Origin: a candidate division FCPU426 bacterium
Lineage (GTDB): Bacteria > Oederibacteriota > JAAXVQ01 > JAUVAV01
Assembly: GCA_040756875.1 (NCBI GenBank)
Contig: JBFLYH010000002.1
Location: forward strand, 703,078 to 767,077
Reading direction: 5' to 3'
DNA length: 64,000 nucleotides
Each line of letters begins with the position of its first letter. Position 1 is the first letter of the stretch. Below the pieces are notes generated by a model. The model was not told where the DNA came from. It made no database searches and saw only the letters and a program-made list of their open reading frames with translations. Position numbers and translations under genes: made by a program. Below, piece after piece: positions 31,631-41,174 of the stretch.

Positions 31631-32886
31631 CGCCGCCATCCCGCTTCAGCCACTTCGCCAAACACCAGGCTGTCGTTGTTCCCGCCGAATCCCGAGGAGT
31701 TCGTCAGGCACGTGCGCAAACGCAGGCTCCGCGCTTTCCGCACTACTTCCACCGGGCACTCCGGGTCCGTCTCCTCGTGGTTGATCGTCGGCGGCAGCGT
31801 CTGGTGCTTCAGGCTCAGCACGCCGATCACCGCTTCGATCGCGCTCGCCGCTCCCATCGCATGCCCGATCATGGACTTGGGCGCGGTCACCGGCGGCACG
31901 CGTTCCCCGAACACTTCCCGGAACGCCTGGGCCTCGGTCCGGTCGTTCCCCGGCGTTCCGGTCCCGTGCGCCACGATCCCGTCAATCTCCTCCGCCTTCA
32001 GCCCCGCATCCTTCAAGGCCAGGGCCACCGACTGCCGGGTCCCCCACCCTTCGGGGTGCGGCGTGGACAGGTGGTACGCGTCGCTCGACCACCCATATCC
32101 CAGCACCCGGGCGTAGGCTTTCCCGCCCCGTTGCCTCAGGCTCTCGCCGGATTCCAGCACCAGCGCCGCTCCGGCCTCGCCCATGATCAGCCCCCGCCGC
32201 GCGCGGTCAAACGGGCGGCAGCAGTCCGGCGCCATGGCCCGCAGGCTGCAAAAGCCCGTGTAATCCGGCTCGGCCAGCAAATCCATGCCGCCGGCCAGAA
32301 CCACGTCGGCCAGGCCCTGGCGAATGCGCTCCACGGCCAGGGACAGCGCGTAGCCGCTGGCCGCGCAGGCGTTCGTGTTCGTGCTCTGCCAGCCCGTGAG
32401 CCCCAGCCGCTGCGCCATCTGGTAGAGAAAGCTGTAGGTCACGTTCTCGCTCACGATGTCGCGCGTGACCTCCAGGGCGCTGGCCAGGTCCTGCGTTTCC
32501 CAGGTCCGCTTGCAGCGCACCACGTGCTCGTTCAGGTCGCCGTGGGTGGTGCCGAACACCAGGTCCACGGCGCCGTGCTGCGAGCGCTGGTCCGCGCCCA
32601 GCCACCCCGCGTCCGCCAAGGCTGCCCGGCCGGCCGAGAGCGCCAGCCGCGCCGCCGGATCCAGGGCTTTTTGTTCCTCAGTGCTCAAGTTGCGCAGGCC
32701 GTCCAAATCCTTGATCTGCGCGGCCATGTGCACGGGCAGCCAGCGGGTGTCGAAGCGCGTCACCGGGCCCACGCCGGACGTCCCGGCGACCAGGGCCGGC
32801 CAGAACGCCTCCGCGCCCGCGCCCAGCGGCGTGTTCAGGCCCAATCCGGTCACATAGACTTCAGGCCTGCCGGCGCGGGCCGTCAT
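31627..32886 (-). CDS. beta-ketoacyl-ACP synthase (KS), copy 1
   Basis: NACAAS (Cys), AHGTGT, KSMIGH, GFGGNN; true start is the ATGA overlap with the Lnt-like stop, not the 807-aa ORF start. Confidence 0.92.
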   Translation of the reverse strand: MTARAGRPEVYVTGLGLNTPLGAGAEAFWPALVAGTSGVGPVTRFDTRWLPVHMAAQIKDLDGLRNLSTEEQKALDPAARLALSAGRAALADAGWLGADQRSQHGAVDLVFGTTHGDLNEHVVRCKRTWETQDLASALEVTRDIVSENVTYSFLYQMAQRLGLTGWQSTNTNACAASGYALSLAVERIRQGLADVVLAGGMDLLAEPDYTGFCSLRAMAPDCCRPFDRARRGLIMGEAGAALVLESGESLRQRGGKAYARVLGYGWSSDAYHLSTPHPEGWGTRQSVALALKDAGLKAEEIDGIVAHGTGTPGNDRTEAQAFREVFGERVPPVTAPKSMIGHAMGAASAIEAVIGVLSLKHQTLPPTINHEETDPECPVEVVRKARSLRLRTCLTNSSGFGGNNDSLVFGEVAEAGWRR

Positions 32887-34637
32887 GCCGGCCTCTCCTG
32901 GCCGGACTTGGAAAAACGCTCGCGCCCCCAGCTCCAGGCCATCATCGCGACCAAAACGGCGGTCAGGCCCAGCACCAGCCATCCCATCCAGTCGCCGCAG
33001 CGCACGTAAACCGTTTTTCCGTTGAGCAGGGGCAGGCGTTTGACCAGCGCCGCGCGCTGGCCGAAGGGCGCGCGGTCGCGGACCAGGCCAAGCGGATCCA
33101 CGTACGCCGCGCTCGCCGTGCTCGAAACCAGCCCGACCCAGCGCCGGGTTTCCACGGCGCGGAAGCAAGCCATCTGCAGGCGCATGTTGAAAAACACCGG
33201 CGTGGGAAACCAGTTGCCCGTGCCGGCGTTCAGGATGACCTCGCCGCCCAGGCGCACGCCCTGGACGAAATACTGAGGAAACATGATTTCCTCGCACACC
33301 CGCAGGATCACCGCGCCCTGCGGCAGCTGGAACACCTTGCTGGCCGATCCAGGCGACAGGTCTTTCATGTCCTCGTCCACGGAGGTAAGCTTGAGCAGTT
33401 CGTAGGTCGTCGCGAAAACACGGTTCAGCAGGCGGATCGCGCCGTTCACCAGCGGCCGGCCGGGCATGTATTCCCCGAAGGGTATGAGGTACTGCTTCAG
33501 GTAATAATCGCGGATCTTTCCCTTCGCGTCGACCAGGTACCAAACATTGAAGCGCCGTTCGGAGTCCAGGGCGGTGACCAGCCCGATGATCGCCGGCACG
33601 CCCGCCTCCTCGAGTATGTCCTGGAAGTCCCGCCACACCTTGGCCGTGGAGGGCAGGGTCAAGGGCAGTGCGCTCTCGGTAAAAACCAGCAGCTCGGCGC
33701 GGTCGGCTTTGGCGTTCAGGGCCAGCCGGCGGAAAAGGACGATGGCGGACTGCTTGATGCGTTCGCTCCACTCGCCATAATTGCCCGCGTCGAACTGCCC
33801 CTGCAACAAGGCCGGACGGAGGCTGCGCTCGGCCTGCGATTGCAGGCGTTCCACCTTGGCCGCGTCGAGGTTGCCGGCCACGATCAGGGCCGCGAAGCCC
33901 AGGCCCAAAACCGCGGCCATCAGGCTGTTGACGAGAAGCGGGCGCCCCTCCGCGGCCGGCACCTTGCCGGCAAGCACGGGCTCGGGCCGGCGCACATCCC
34001 AGGCGCGCAGGAAGCGCCAGGCCAGGAGGGCCAGGCCGGCGGCCACGCACAGCACGAAATAATCAGCGCCCAGCACGCCGGTCAGGGACGCCATTTGCAT
34101 GAGCGGCGGAAGCCCGGCCAGCGGATACGCATACAGCAGAATGGGCGGCGGGAAGAACCAGATTTTGGGCGTCAGCACCAGGCGCAGAAATTCGAAGGCC
34201 GCAAAATTCGCCGGTGCGAACAGCAAATACCAGGCGGGAAAGCGGCGGATGCAGGCGCCGGCCCACAGGCCCACGTTCCCGAAAATGCCGTACACCATGG
34301 CCGCGAGAAAAAGAAAAATCAGCGGCGTGGCCAGGGGAAACGAGGGCAGCATCTCGAACCACAGGGTGGCGGGAATCAAAAACATGGCCAGGCCGGACAG
34401 GCCGCACCAGCGGTAGGCTTCGCGGCCCTGGTAGCGCAGCATAATCATGAAGGTGGGCATTGGCACCAGAAACACCAGCAGCGCGGACAGGATGTTCGAC
34501 TCCGGCAGCAGGTAATTGGGCCACGCGAGATAGGCGCACAGCGCCTGCAGGATCAGCAGCCATGGCATGGGGCGTTTCAACGCGGATACCATCCATCCCC
34601 TCCGGGTCTCAGGCGCCGGTTTTTCGGCGAGCCGCAA
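32883..34637 (-). CDS. apolipoprotein N-acyltransferase (Lnt)-like, paralog 1
   Basis: Multi-TM N-terminus, nitrilase triad FTES/YLKQYLIPFGEY/VCEE, FRAVE, TVYVRCGDW; start uncertain. Confidence 0.85.
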   Translation of the reverse strand: MRLAEKPAPETRRGWMVSALKRPMPWLLILQALCAYLAWPNYLLPESNILSALLVFLVPMPTFMIMLRYQGREAYRWCGLSGLAMFLIPATLWFEMLPSFPLATPLIFLFLAAMVYGIFGNVGLWAGACIRRFPAWYLLFAPANFAAFEFLRLVLTPKIWFFPPPILLYAYPLAGLPPLMQMASLTGVLGADYFVLCVAAGLALLAWRFLRAWDVRRPEPVLAGKVPAAEGRPLLVNSLMAAVLGLGFAALIVAGNLDAAKVERLQSQAERSLRPALLQGQFDAGNYGEWSERIKQSAIVLFRRLALNAKADRAELLVFTESALPLTLPSTAKVWRDFQDILEEAGVPAIIGLVTALDSERRFNVWYLVDAKGKIRDYYLKQYLIPFGEYMPGRPLVNGAIRLLNRVFATTYELLKLTSVDEDMKDLSPGSASKVFQLPQGAVILRVCEEIMFPQYFVQGVRLGGEVILNAGTGNWFPTPVFFNMRLQMACFRAVETRRWVGLVSSTASAAYVDPLGLVRDRAPFGQRAALVKRLPLLNGKTVYVRCGDWMGWLVLGLTAVLVAMMAWSWGRERFSKSGQERPA

Positions 34638-36273
34638 CTACGGTCAGCAACAGCGTCAGCAGTACGCACAGCCAGGCAAACACATCTCCGAACCGCGCGT
34701 AAAAAGTCAGGCCGTCAAGCAAGGGCAGGGTCGGCACGGCCACCACCCGCTTCCCATAAGGTGTTTCACTCCGCACCGCGCCCAGGGCGTCGATTGTGGC
34801 CGCCGCGCCCATGTTGGCCACCACCCCGATCCAGCGCCGGGTCTCCACCGCCCGGAAGGCGCTTGTCTCCAGGTTTAAATACCAGTCCACCGGCGTCTTG
34901 AACCAGTTGACGGTCCTGGGCGTGAGAATCACATCGGCGCCTTGCATGACCGCCTGCCTGAAAAACCGGGGAATGATCGTTTCAGTGCATACCTTCAGCG
35001 CCACCCGTGCGCCGGCCACGTCAAATATTTTTTCCTGTTTGCCGGCACGAAGATCATAGTAATCCCGCGGAATGGCCGTAATTTTCAAGACCCGATAGGA
35101 CGTGCGCAAGAGTTTGTTTACTCCCGTCATCACCGGGTCCACCAAGCTGCGCAAGGGCAGGTACTCGCCAAACGGCGTCAGGTAGCGTTTGAGGTAATAA
35201 TCCTGGACCGTTCCCTGGGCGCTGATCAAATACCAGATATTGAAAACCTGCTCCTCCTCCACCGTGGTCGTAAGCCCCACGAAGGCCGGCAGGCCCACTT
35301 CCTTGAAGATGGTGCGGAGGTTCTGCCAGGCGTGCTCGTCCGCCGGCAGGGTCATGGGCAGTGCGTTCTCGGTGAAAACCAGCACCTGACCGCCTTGGGC
35401 CAGGGCTTCCAGGCTCATGTCACGATAGGTGCGCAGGGCAAATCCCTGCTGGGGCCTGCTCCAGTCCTTGGCCCGCGAGGGATCGAACTGGGATTGCAGC
35501 AACGCGGGACGCAGCGTGCGCCGCGCCTGGTCCTGCAGGCGGCTGACGCGCAGGGCGTCTACGTTACCCAGCATGAACAGCGCGAACAAAACCGCCACCG
35601 TGCCGCTGGCCACGGCCACTGTGAGGGTCCGCTGTCCGGGAGCGAGGGCGGGTATGTTCTGGGTGACGGGGAGGTGGGTGCGAAACCACGCCAGGCGGCC
35701 AAGAAGCGACAGCGCGACCAAGGCCAGGAGGGAGCTGATGAAAAAGGCAAGGAAAGCCGGTCCGTAGTATCCGGTGTAGGCGCTCATTTGGATCAGGGGC
35801 GGAAGCCCGGCAAAAGGAAAGGCAAACAACAACGAAGGAGGCGGCACCAGTGAAAAATGCTCGGCCAGCAGCACGCGCATGAACTCCTGGTTGCAAATGA
35901 TGGCCGGCGCCGCCAGGGTGAACGCCCAGGGCAGGCGCCGGTAAATGAACGAACCCAGATAACCGCAGGCGCCTCCCAGCAGAAAGGACAGCGCCAGTAC
36001 CAGCAGCCAAATCAATACGCCGGTCACGGGAAAGAAATTCATATGGACCAGGTGGACGGTCGGCAAAAGAACCATGGCCACTACAGATAATCCGGACCAC
36101 ACAAAAACCTGCCTCCCCCGGTAGGCCAGGAAGATGATGAAGTAGGTCGCGCCCATCAAGGGCAGGAGCAGGGCCGAAACGGGGTTGGGCCGGTAAAGGA
36201 TGGGGTTGGGAAACGCCAGAAAGGCAATCAGCGCCTGGATCAGCAGCAAACTTACGGAGAGAAAGGCTGGCAT
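34609..36273 (-). CDS. Lnt-like N-acyltransferase, paralog 2
   Basis: FTEN/YLKRYLTPFGEY/VCTE, FRAVE, TFYARFGD. Confidence 0.85.
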   Translation of the reverse strand: MPAFLSVSLLLIQALIAFLAFPNPILYRPNPVSALLLPLMGATYFIIFLAYRGRQVFVWSGLSVVAMVLLPTVHLVHMNFFPVTGVLIWLLVLALSFLLGGACGYLGSFIYRRLPWAFTLAAPAIICNQEFMRVLLAEHFSLVPPPSLLFAFPFAGLPPLIQMSAYTGYYGPAFLAFFISSLLALVALSLLGRLAWFRTHLPVTQNIPALAPGQRTLTVAVASGTVAVLFALFMLGNVDALRVSRLQDQARRTLRPALLQSQFDPSRAKDWSRPQQGFALRTYRDMSLEALAQGGQVLVFTENALPMTLPADEHAWQNLRTIFKEVGLPAFVGLTTTVEEEQVFNIWYLISAQGTVQDYYLKRYLTPFGEYLPLRSLVDPVMTGVNKLLRTSYRVLKITAIPRDYYDLRAGKQEKIFDVAGARVALKVCTETIIPRFFRQAVMQGADVILTPRTVNWFKTPVDWYLNLETSAFRAVETRRWIGVVANMGAAATIDALGAVRSETPYGKRVVAVPTLPLLDGLTFYARFGDVFAWLCVLLTLLLTVVAARRKTGA

Positions 36274-36482
36274 GTTTGCTTGCCCTTTCTTCAGTCAGCC
36301 GATATGGAGCCCTCCGGGCATGCCCGGGGTACCCATTCCTGCCCTGCGTTTCTTGCAGGATAGGCGGCGACATCCTCGCAGCAGAAGATCCGCATTCATC
36401 CCCGGCCATAGGCCGGGGTTTCCTGCGAAGGGGATGAAGTGGAGCCGCGTCGCGTTTCCGGGCCTTCTCCCAGCGAAGCTGC

Positions 36483-38171
36483 CTACGGACGCCGGGTGGC
36501 GGCGAACGCGACCAACAGCAGTATCACCAATACGCACAGCCAGGCAAACAGGTCGCCGAAGCGTGCGTAAAAAGTCAGACCGTCCAGCAACGGGAGCGTC
36601 GGCACGTCCACCGCCCGTATTCCGTAGGGTGTTTCGCTCCGCACCACGCCCAGGGCGTCGACGGTGGCCGCGGCGCCCATGCTGGCCACCAGGCCGATCC
36701 AGCGCCTGCTTTCCACCGCCCGGAACGAACAGGCCTCCATGTTCAAATACCAGTCCACCGGCGTTTTGAACCAATTGACCGCCCTGGGCGAGAAAAACAC
36801 TTCCGCTCCCTGGTTGACCGCCTGCCTGAAAAACCGGGGGATGGTGGTCTCGGTGCAGACCTTGAGGCTGACCCGGGCGCCGGCCACGGCGAACACCTTC
36901 TCCTCCCGTCCTGCGCCCAGATCGTAATGATCGTTGGGAATGGCGGTGATTCTGAAAATTTTATAGCTCGTGTTGAGCAAGGCGTTTACGCCGCCCAGCA
37001 CCGCATCCACCAATCCGCGCAAGGGCAAATACTCGCCAAAGGGGGTTAAGTACCGCTTGATATAATGATCCTCCATTTCGCCTTGCGCGCTGATCAGATA
37101 CCAGACATTGTACGTTTCCTCGTCTCCCACGGTGGTGATCAGGCCCACGAAAGCCGGCAGTCCGGTTTCCCTGAAAATGCCGCATAAATGCTGCCAGGCC
37201 TGCTGTTCCCCGGGCAGGGTCAGAGGCAGCGCGTTTTCAGTGAACACCAGCACCTGGGCCTGCTTGGCCACGGCTTCGTAGCACATCTGCCGGTAGGTGC
37301 GCAGCGCGAATCCCCTCTGGGGCGGGCCCCATTCCGGAGCCTGGGAAGGGTCGAACTGGGATTGCAACAGGGCGGGCCGGATCACGCGCTGCGCCTCCTT
37401 TTGCAGGCGGCTGAAGCGCATCGCGTCCGCGTTTCCCAGCACAGCCAGGAACAACAGGCCCGCGGCCACGGCCACGGACACCAGGCCGGCCAGCCGGCGC
37501 TGGGGCGCGGTTAAAACCAGATCCGGCTTGATCCAGCCGGCCCGCGCCAGGAATTCCGCCGCAACTTGGGCCAGGACCGCGCCGACGAAAAACACCATGA
37601 GCGCCGGCCCGTACAAACCCGTGAACGCACTCATTTGGATTAAAGGCGGCCAGCCGGCCAGGGGCAGGGACAGGGTGAACGACGGAGGCGGAACCAGCGA
37701 AAAAACTTCCGACAGCAGGACCCGGCCGAATTCCTCGCCGCACAGCAAAACCGGGGCCGACAGGGAAAACGACCAGGGCAAACGCCGGAAGATGAATGCG
37801 CCCAGGGACCCGTAGGCGCCGCCCAGCAGGAACGTCAGGGCGAGCGTCAGCAGCCAGAGCAACGCGCCGGTTACGGGAAACAAACTAATTTGGGTCAGGT
37901 GAAACGTCGGCAACAGGACAACAGCCGCCACGGAGAGTCCGGTCCAGAGAAAAGCCTGGCGCCCGCGGTATAGCAGGACAAATAAAAAAACCGGGGCCAA
38001 CGCGAGCGGCAACAGCAGGGCTGACACCGGATTGGGTTTCATGAGCAGGGGGGTGGGATAAGCCAGGAAAGCCATGAGTGCTTGCACCAGCAATACCAGC
38101 ACAGACACCTGCATCGGCATTTTCTTTGGGTCCTTTCCTCTGCCGGACGATTCCCGGTACGGCAACTTCAC
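36483..38171 (-). CDS. Lnt-like N-acyltransferase, paralog 3
   Basis: FTEN/YIKRYLTPFGEY/VCTE; long identical blocks shared with paralog 2. Confidence 0.85.
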   Translation of the reverse strand: MKLPYRESSGRGKDPKKMPMQVSVLVLLVQALMAFLAYPTPLLMKPNPVSALLLPLALAPVFLFVLLYRGRQAFLWTGLSVAAVVLLPTFHLTQISLFPVTGALLWLLTLALTFLLGGAYGSLGAFIFRRLPWSFSLSAPVLLCGEEFGRVLLSEVFSLVPPPSFTLSLPLAGWPPLIQMSAFTGLYGPALMVFFVGAVLAQVAAEFLARAGWIKPDLVLTAPQRRLAGLVSVAVAAGLLFLAVLGNADAMRFSRLQKEAQRVIRPALLQSQFDPSQAPEWGPPQRGFALRTYRQMCYEAVAKQAQVLVFTENALPLTLPGEQQAWQHLCGIFRETGLPAFVGLITTVGDEETYNVWYLISAQGEMEDHYIKRYLTPFGEYLPLRGLVDAVLGGVNALLNTSYKIFRITAIPNDHYDLGAGREEKVFAVAGARVSLKVCTETTIPRFFRQAVNQGAEVFFSPRAVNWFKTPVDWYLNMEACSFRAVESRRWIGLVASMGAAATVDALGVVRSETPYGIRAVDVPTLPLLDGLTFYARFGDLFAWLCVLVILLLVAFAATRRP

Positions 38172-38252
38172 GCCCGTTCCGAAAAACGCCTGCTTTTTTG
38201 GGCTATTCCGGCGCCCGCCAAGCGCCGCGGATTCAAATGCGCCGGATATCCT

Positions 38253-38291
38253 TGAATAATAACATACTTTGCGAGGATCGCCAAAACGTAT
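38253..38291 (-). promoter_or_regulatory. conserved 39-bp promoter element, copy A (upstream of the Lnt-like genes)
   Basis: Minus strand ATACGTT-TTGGCG-N17-TATTAT with TG; 33/39 identical to 43347-43385. Confidence 0.75.
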
Positions 38292-38352
38292 CTCCGCTTC
38301 ATCTTGCTGGCGCTGGATGGAACCAATGGTGCGGCAGGACCAGGGGGGAGGT

Positions 38353-39531
38353 TTAGGCGGGCAATTCCAGCAGGCAGGCCATGGCTTTGCGATCCTGGTC
38401 CAGGGCCATGACCATGGCCCGCCGGGCGTTCAATGGACGAGCCGTCATAGGCAGGTAAAGCTCGCGCGCGGCCCCAGACGAAGGCAAACGCTGCGTTGGC
38501 AACAGGAGGCGATGCTCGAGGCAGAGAATGGCCAGCACTGCGGCCATGGCACCGGCGGCGTGCCATGTTTCCCCCAGTGCTCCCTTGAGCGCGGTCATGG
38601 GCGGCCGCTGGTTCCCAAAAACGTTTTTCATGCTTTCCATCTCAGCCTGATCCTGCGCCGGATCGCCATTGGCGGCAAGAAAAACCGCTTCCACGTCCCC
38701 GGCCTTCCAGCCGGCGTCAGCCAAAGCCGCGGCGATGGCTTGGTTGCAGGCGCGGGGATCGCCTTGGCCGGCTGCCTCCGGATTATATGCCATGCCAAAG
38801 CCGCATAGCCGGGCCCTGGGGCGCAGCCCCTGTTGACGAGCTTCGTCGGCTCTCAACAAAAACATCCAGGCTGAGCCTTCTCCGAGATCAACGGCGCCCG
38901 GACGCCAGCCCTCCAGGATTCCCGTCCCTGATCCGGGGGGAGCGCCGGGCCCGGAAAAACCCCGCACCATTCTGGCACTGATTTCCTGAACCGCACCGGC
39001 TGCCACCTGCCGGGCCCGGCCGGTGGATAAAACCCGACACGCGGTTTCCAATGCTTCCAGCCCGGCCGTATGCCCGGTGGACATCGTCAAAATGAACGCC
39101 TGGATCCCGAGGAGGATCGACACTTGGCTGGCCGTGGCATTCGCCGACAGATTCAGAAAAAAGAAAGGGCTCATCAGATGATATTCGCGGGTGGACAAAA
39201 CCTGCAGGATGGTGTCGGAATAAATGTCCGGCGTGAATCCGGTCACCAGGCCGGTCTCCGCCGCCGCCGGTGGCTGCCCCGTGTCTTTCGCCCAGGCCTG
39301 CCACAAGCGGCGGCACGCTGCGCCGGCCAGCAGGGACGAACGTGTGAACCCCTGTTTTTTTCCGTTGCCCAGCAACACCCGGAGGTCCTGGGACACCGGG
39401 GCGCTTTCGGTCCCGTCGGACCCGCGTGTCAATCCCTGCCGGCCGGCGGCCAGGCTATCGAAAACCGCCTGCGGGTCGTCGCCCAGGGCATGCACCAGGC
39501 CAAGGTGGGTGATTACGATCGCGTCTTTCAC
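38353..39531 (-). CDS. ketosynthase-like chain-length factor (non-catalytic), copy 2
   Basis: STGHTAG, LAANG, GETW; paralog of 30437-31630; GTGA-coupled to KS copy 2. Confidence 0.82.
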   Translation of the reverse strand: MKDAIVITHLGLVHALGDDPQAVFDSLAAGRQGLTRGSDGTESAPVSQDLRVLLGNGKKQGFTRSSLLAGAACRRLWQAWAKDTGQPPAAAETGLVTGFTPDIYSDTILQVLSTREYHLMSPFFFLNLSANATASQVSILLGIQAFILTMSTGHTAGLEALETACRVLSTGRARQVAAGAVQEISARMVRGFSGPGAPPGSGTGILEGWRPGAVDLGEGSAWMFLLRADEARQQGLRPRARLCGFGMAYNPEAAGQGDPRACNQAIAAALADAGWKAGDVEAVFLAANGDPAQDQAEMESMKNVFGNQRPPMTALKGALGETWHAAGAMAAVLAILCLEHRLLLPTQRLPSSGAARELYLPMTARPLNARRAMVMALDQDRKAMACLLELPA

Positions 39532-40742
39532 GCAGGCCCGCTTTCGGCCTGCTGCAAGATCAGGCTGAGGTTGTTGCCGCCGAATCCCATGGCATTGACC
39601 ATGCACGTTTCCAGTCTGCCCGCCTTGGGCTCGGACACGACTACGGGCAGCGGACAGTCCGGATCCATCTCGATCGTTTCGGAAACCGGCGGGATCTGTC
39701 CCTCCCGCAGCATGAGCGCCGCAGACAGAATGTCAACCGCCTGGGCCGCGCCCTGTGAATGCCCCACGCGGGGTTTGAACGCCGTGACCGGCGGCAGGTC
39801 CGGACCGAAGACCGCCTGCAGGGCCCGGGCTTCCGCGCGGTCGTTGCTGGGCGTTCCGGTGCCGTGAGCCACCACACAGCTGATCTGCGCAGGCGCCAGC
39901 CGGGCCGCCTGCAACGCGCGCCGCATGGCGGTTTCCAGACCTTCGCCGCGGGGCCGGGGCGCGGAAATATGATAAGCGTCCGCGGACCAGCCTTCTCCGG
40001 CCAGTCGCGCCCACGGCCGCGCGTTCCGGCTCCGCGCGGAATCGGCCGATTCCAGAAGAAACATGGCGGCCGCGTCGCCCAGCATCGTGCCTTCTCGGCC
40101 ACGGTCGAACGGCCGGATGCACGACGGCGCCAGGGCCCGCAGGTTGGCGAACCCGGCCTGCACGACCTCGGCAAACAGGTCCGCAGCCCCGCACAAGACC
40201 GCTTCCGCACGCTCCAGGCGGATGAGGTCCGCGGCCAGGGAAACAGCGTACCCGGCCGCGGCGCAGGTGTTGGTGTTCAACCCCTGGGCCTCCCGCAATC
40301 CCAGCGCCCGGGCCATGTCCGTTAAAAAAGCATAGGGTTGCCGCTCACGAAATCCCGCGCCCAGGGTCTCCTCCGGTTCCCTGCGCAGGTAGTTTTCGCC
40401 GTCATTCAAACCGCCGTTGCTGGTGCCGAGCAGCACGGCGAGGCTAGGCAACCGGCTGCGCCGCTCCTCTGACAGCAGGCGGGCATCCGCCAGAGCCTGC
40501 CGCGCGGCCGACAAAGCGGCGGCGGCGAGCCGGCTGAGGCGTCCGGTTTCCTCCGGGTCCAGCCACTGATCAGCGGCCAATGGCTCGATTTCGGCGCCGC
40601 GAACAAAAGCCAGGCCCTGGGTATTGAATTTTTGTATGGGTTTTATTCCTGAACGGCCTTCCAGGCAGGCTTGCCAATAAGGCGCTACGCCGATTCCCAG
40701 TGGCGTAACCGCTCCCATCCCTGTGATCCAAACATCCCTCAT
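39528..40742 (-). CDS. beta-ketoacyl-ACP synthase (KS), copy 2
   Basis: NTCAAA (Cys), AHGTGT, KPRVGH, GFGGNN. Confidence 0.92.
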   Translation of the reverse strand: MRDVWITGMGAVTPLGIGVAPYWQACLEGRSGIKPIQKFNTQGLAFVRGAEIEPLAADQWLDPEETGRLSRLAAAALSAARQALADARLLSEERRSRLPSLAVLLGTSNGGLNDGENYLRREPEETLGAGFRERQPYAFLTDMARALGLREAQGLNTNTCAAAGYAVSLAADLIRLERAEAVLCGAADLFAEVVQAGFANLRALAPSCIRPFDRGREGTMLGDAAAMFLLESADSARSRNARPWARLAGEGWSADAYHISAPRPRGEGLETAMRRALQAARLAPAQISCVVAHGTGTPSNDRAEARALQAVFGPDLPPVTAFKPRVGHSQGAAQAVDILSAALMLREGQIPPVSETIEMDPDCPLPVVVSEPKAGRLETCMVNAMGFGGNNLSLILQQAESGPA

Positions 40743-40862
40743 GGTTCTTCCTTGTTCGTTTGATCCTGCCACCCGGCCTGCGGGATGGGCATCATGACCA
40801 GGTGCCAAAGCAGACAGGAAGCTTTTGGACCGTATTCGCCGCTTGACGCCGCGTGGAGCCGG

Positions 40863-41174
40863 TCAGCCCGCGCCCCCGCCGCTTTCAGAAGGAGGCGCGG
40901 ACGGCGTCCGGGCTTTATCTTCCATTTTCCGGCGGATGAGCTCGACCACCTGGCCGAGCTGGGTCACCTGTTTCAGATCCTCCTCGGAAAGACCCACGCC
41001 GTAGCGGCGCTCCAGGGTCACCAGGACCTCGAGCAGGGCCACGGAATCGATCTGCATGATCTGTTCCAGTGAACCGTCGAGCCGCACCTGGTCGGGGTCC
41101 ACTTCCAACACCTCGACCACGAGGTCCTTGATTTCCTGTTCCAGATTTTCGGGGATAGGTTTCTGCTCGGTCAT
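40863..41174 (-). CDS. acyl carrier protein
   Basis: Small and acidic; QIDSVALLE phosphopantetheine-attachment motif; ATGA overlap with the SPFH gene. Confidence 0.85.
   Translation of the reverse strand: MTEQKPIPENLEQEIKDLVVEVLEVDPDQVRLDGSLEQIMQIDSVALLEVLVTLERRYGVGLSEEDLKQVTQLGQVVELIRRKMEDKARTPSAPPSESGGGAG

Noticed and set aside
30405-31661. 418-aa Gly/Arg-rich minus-strand ORF
   Set aside because: Off-frame shadow of the CLF gene in GC-rich DNA
31627-34050. 807-aa ORF as a fused KS protein
   Set aside because: The N-terminal part is an alternative frame over the Lnt-like gene; KS similarity begins at the ATG at 32886
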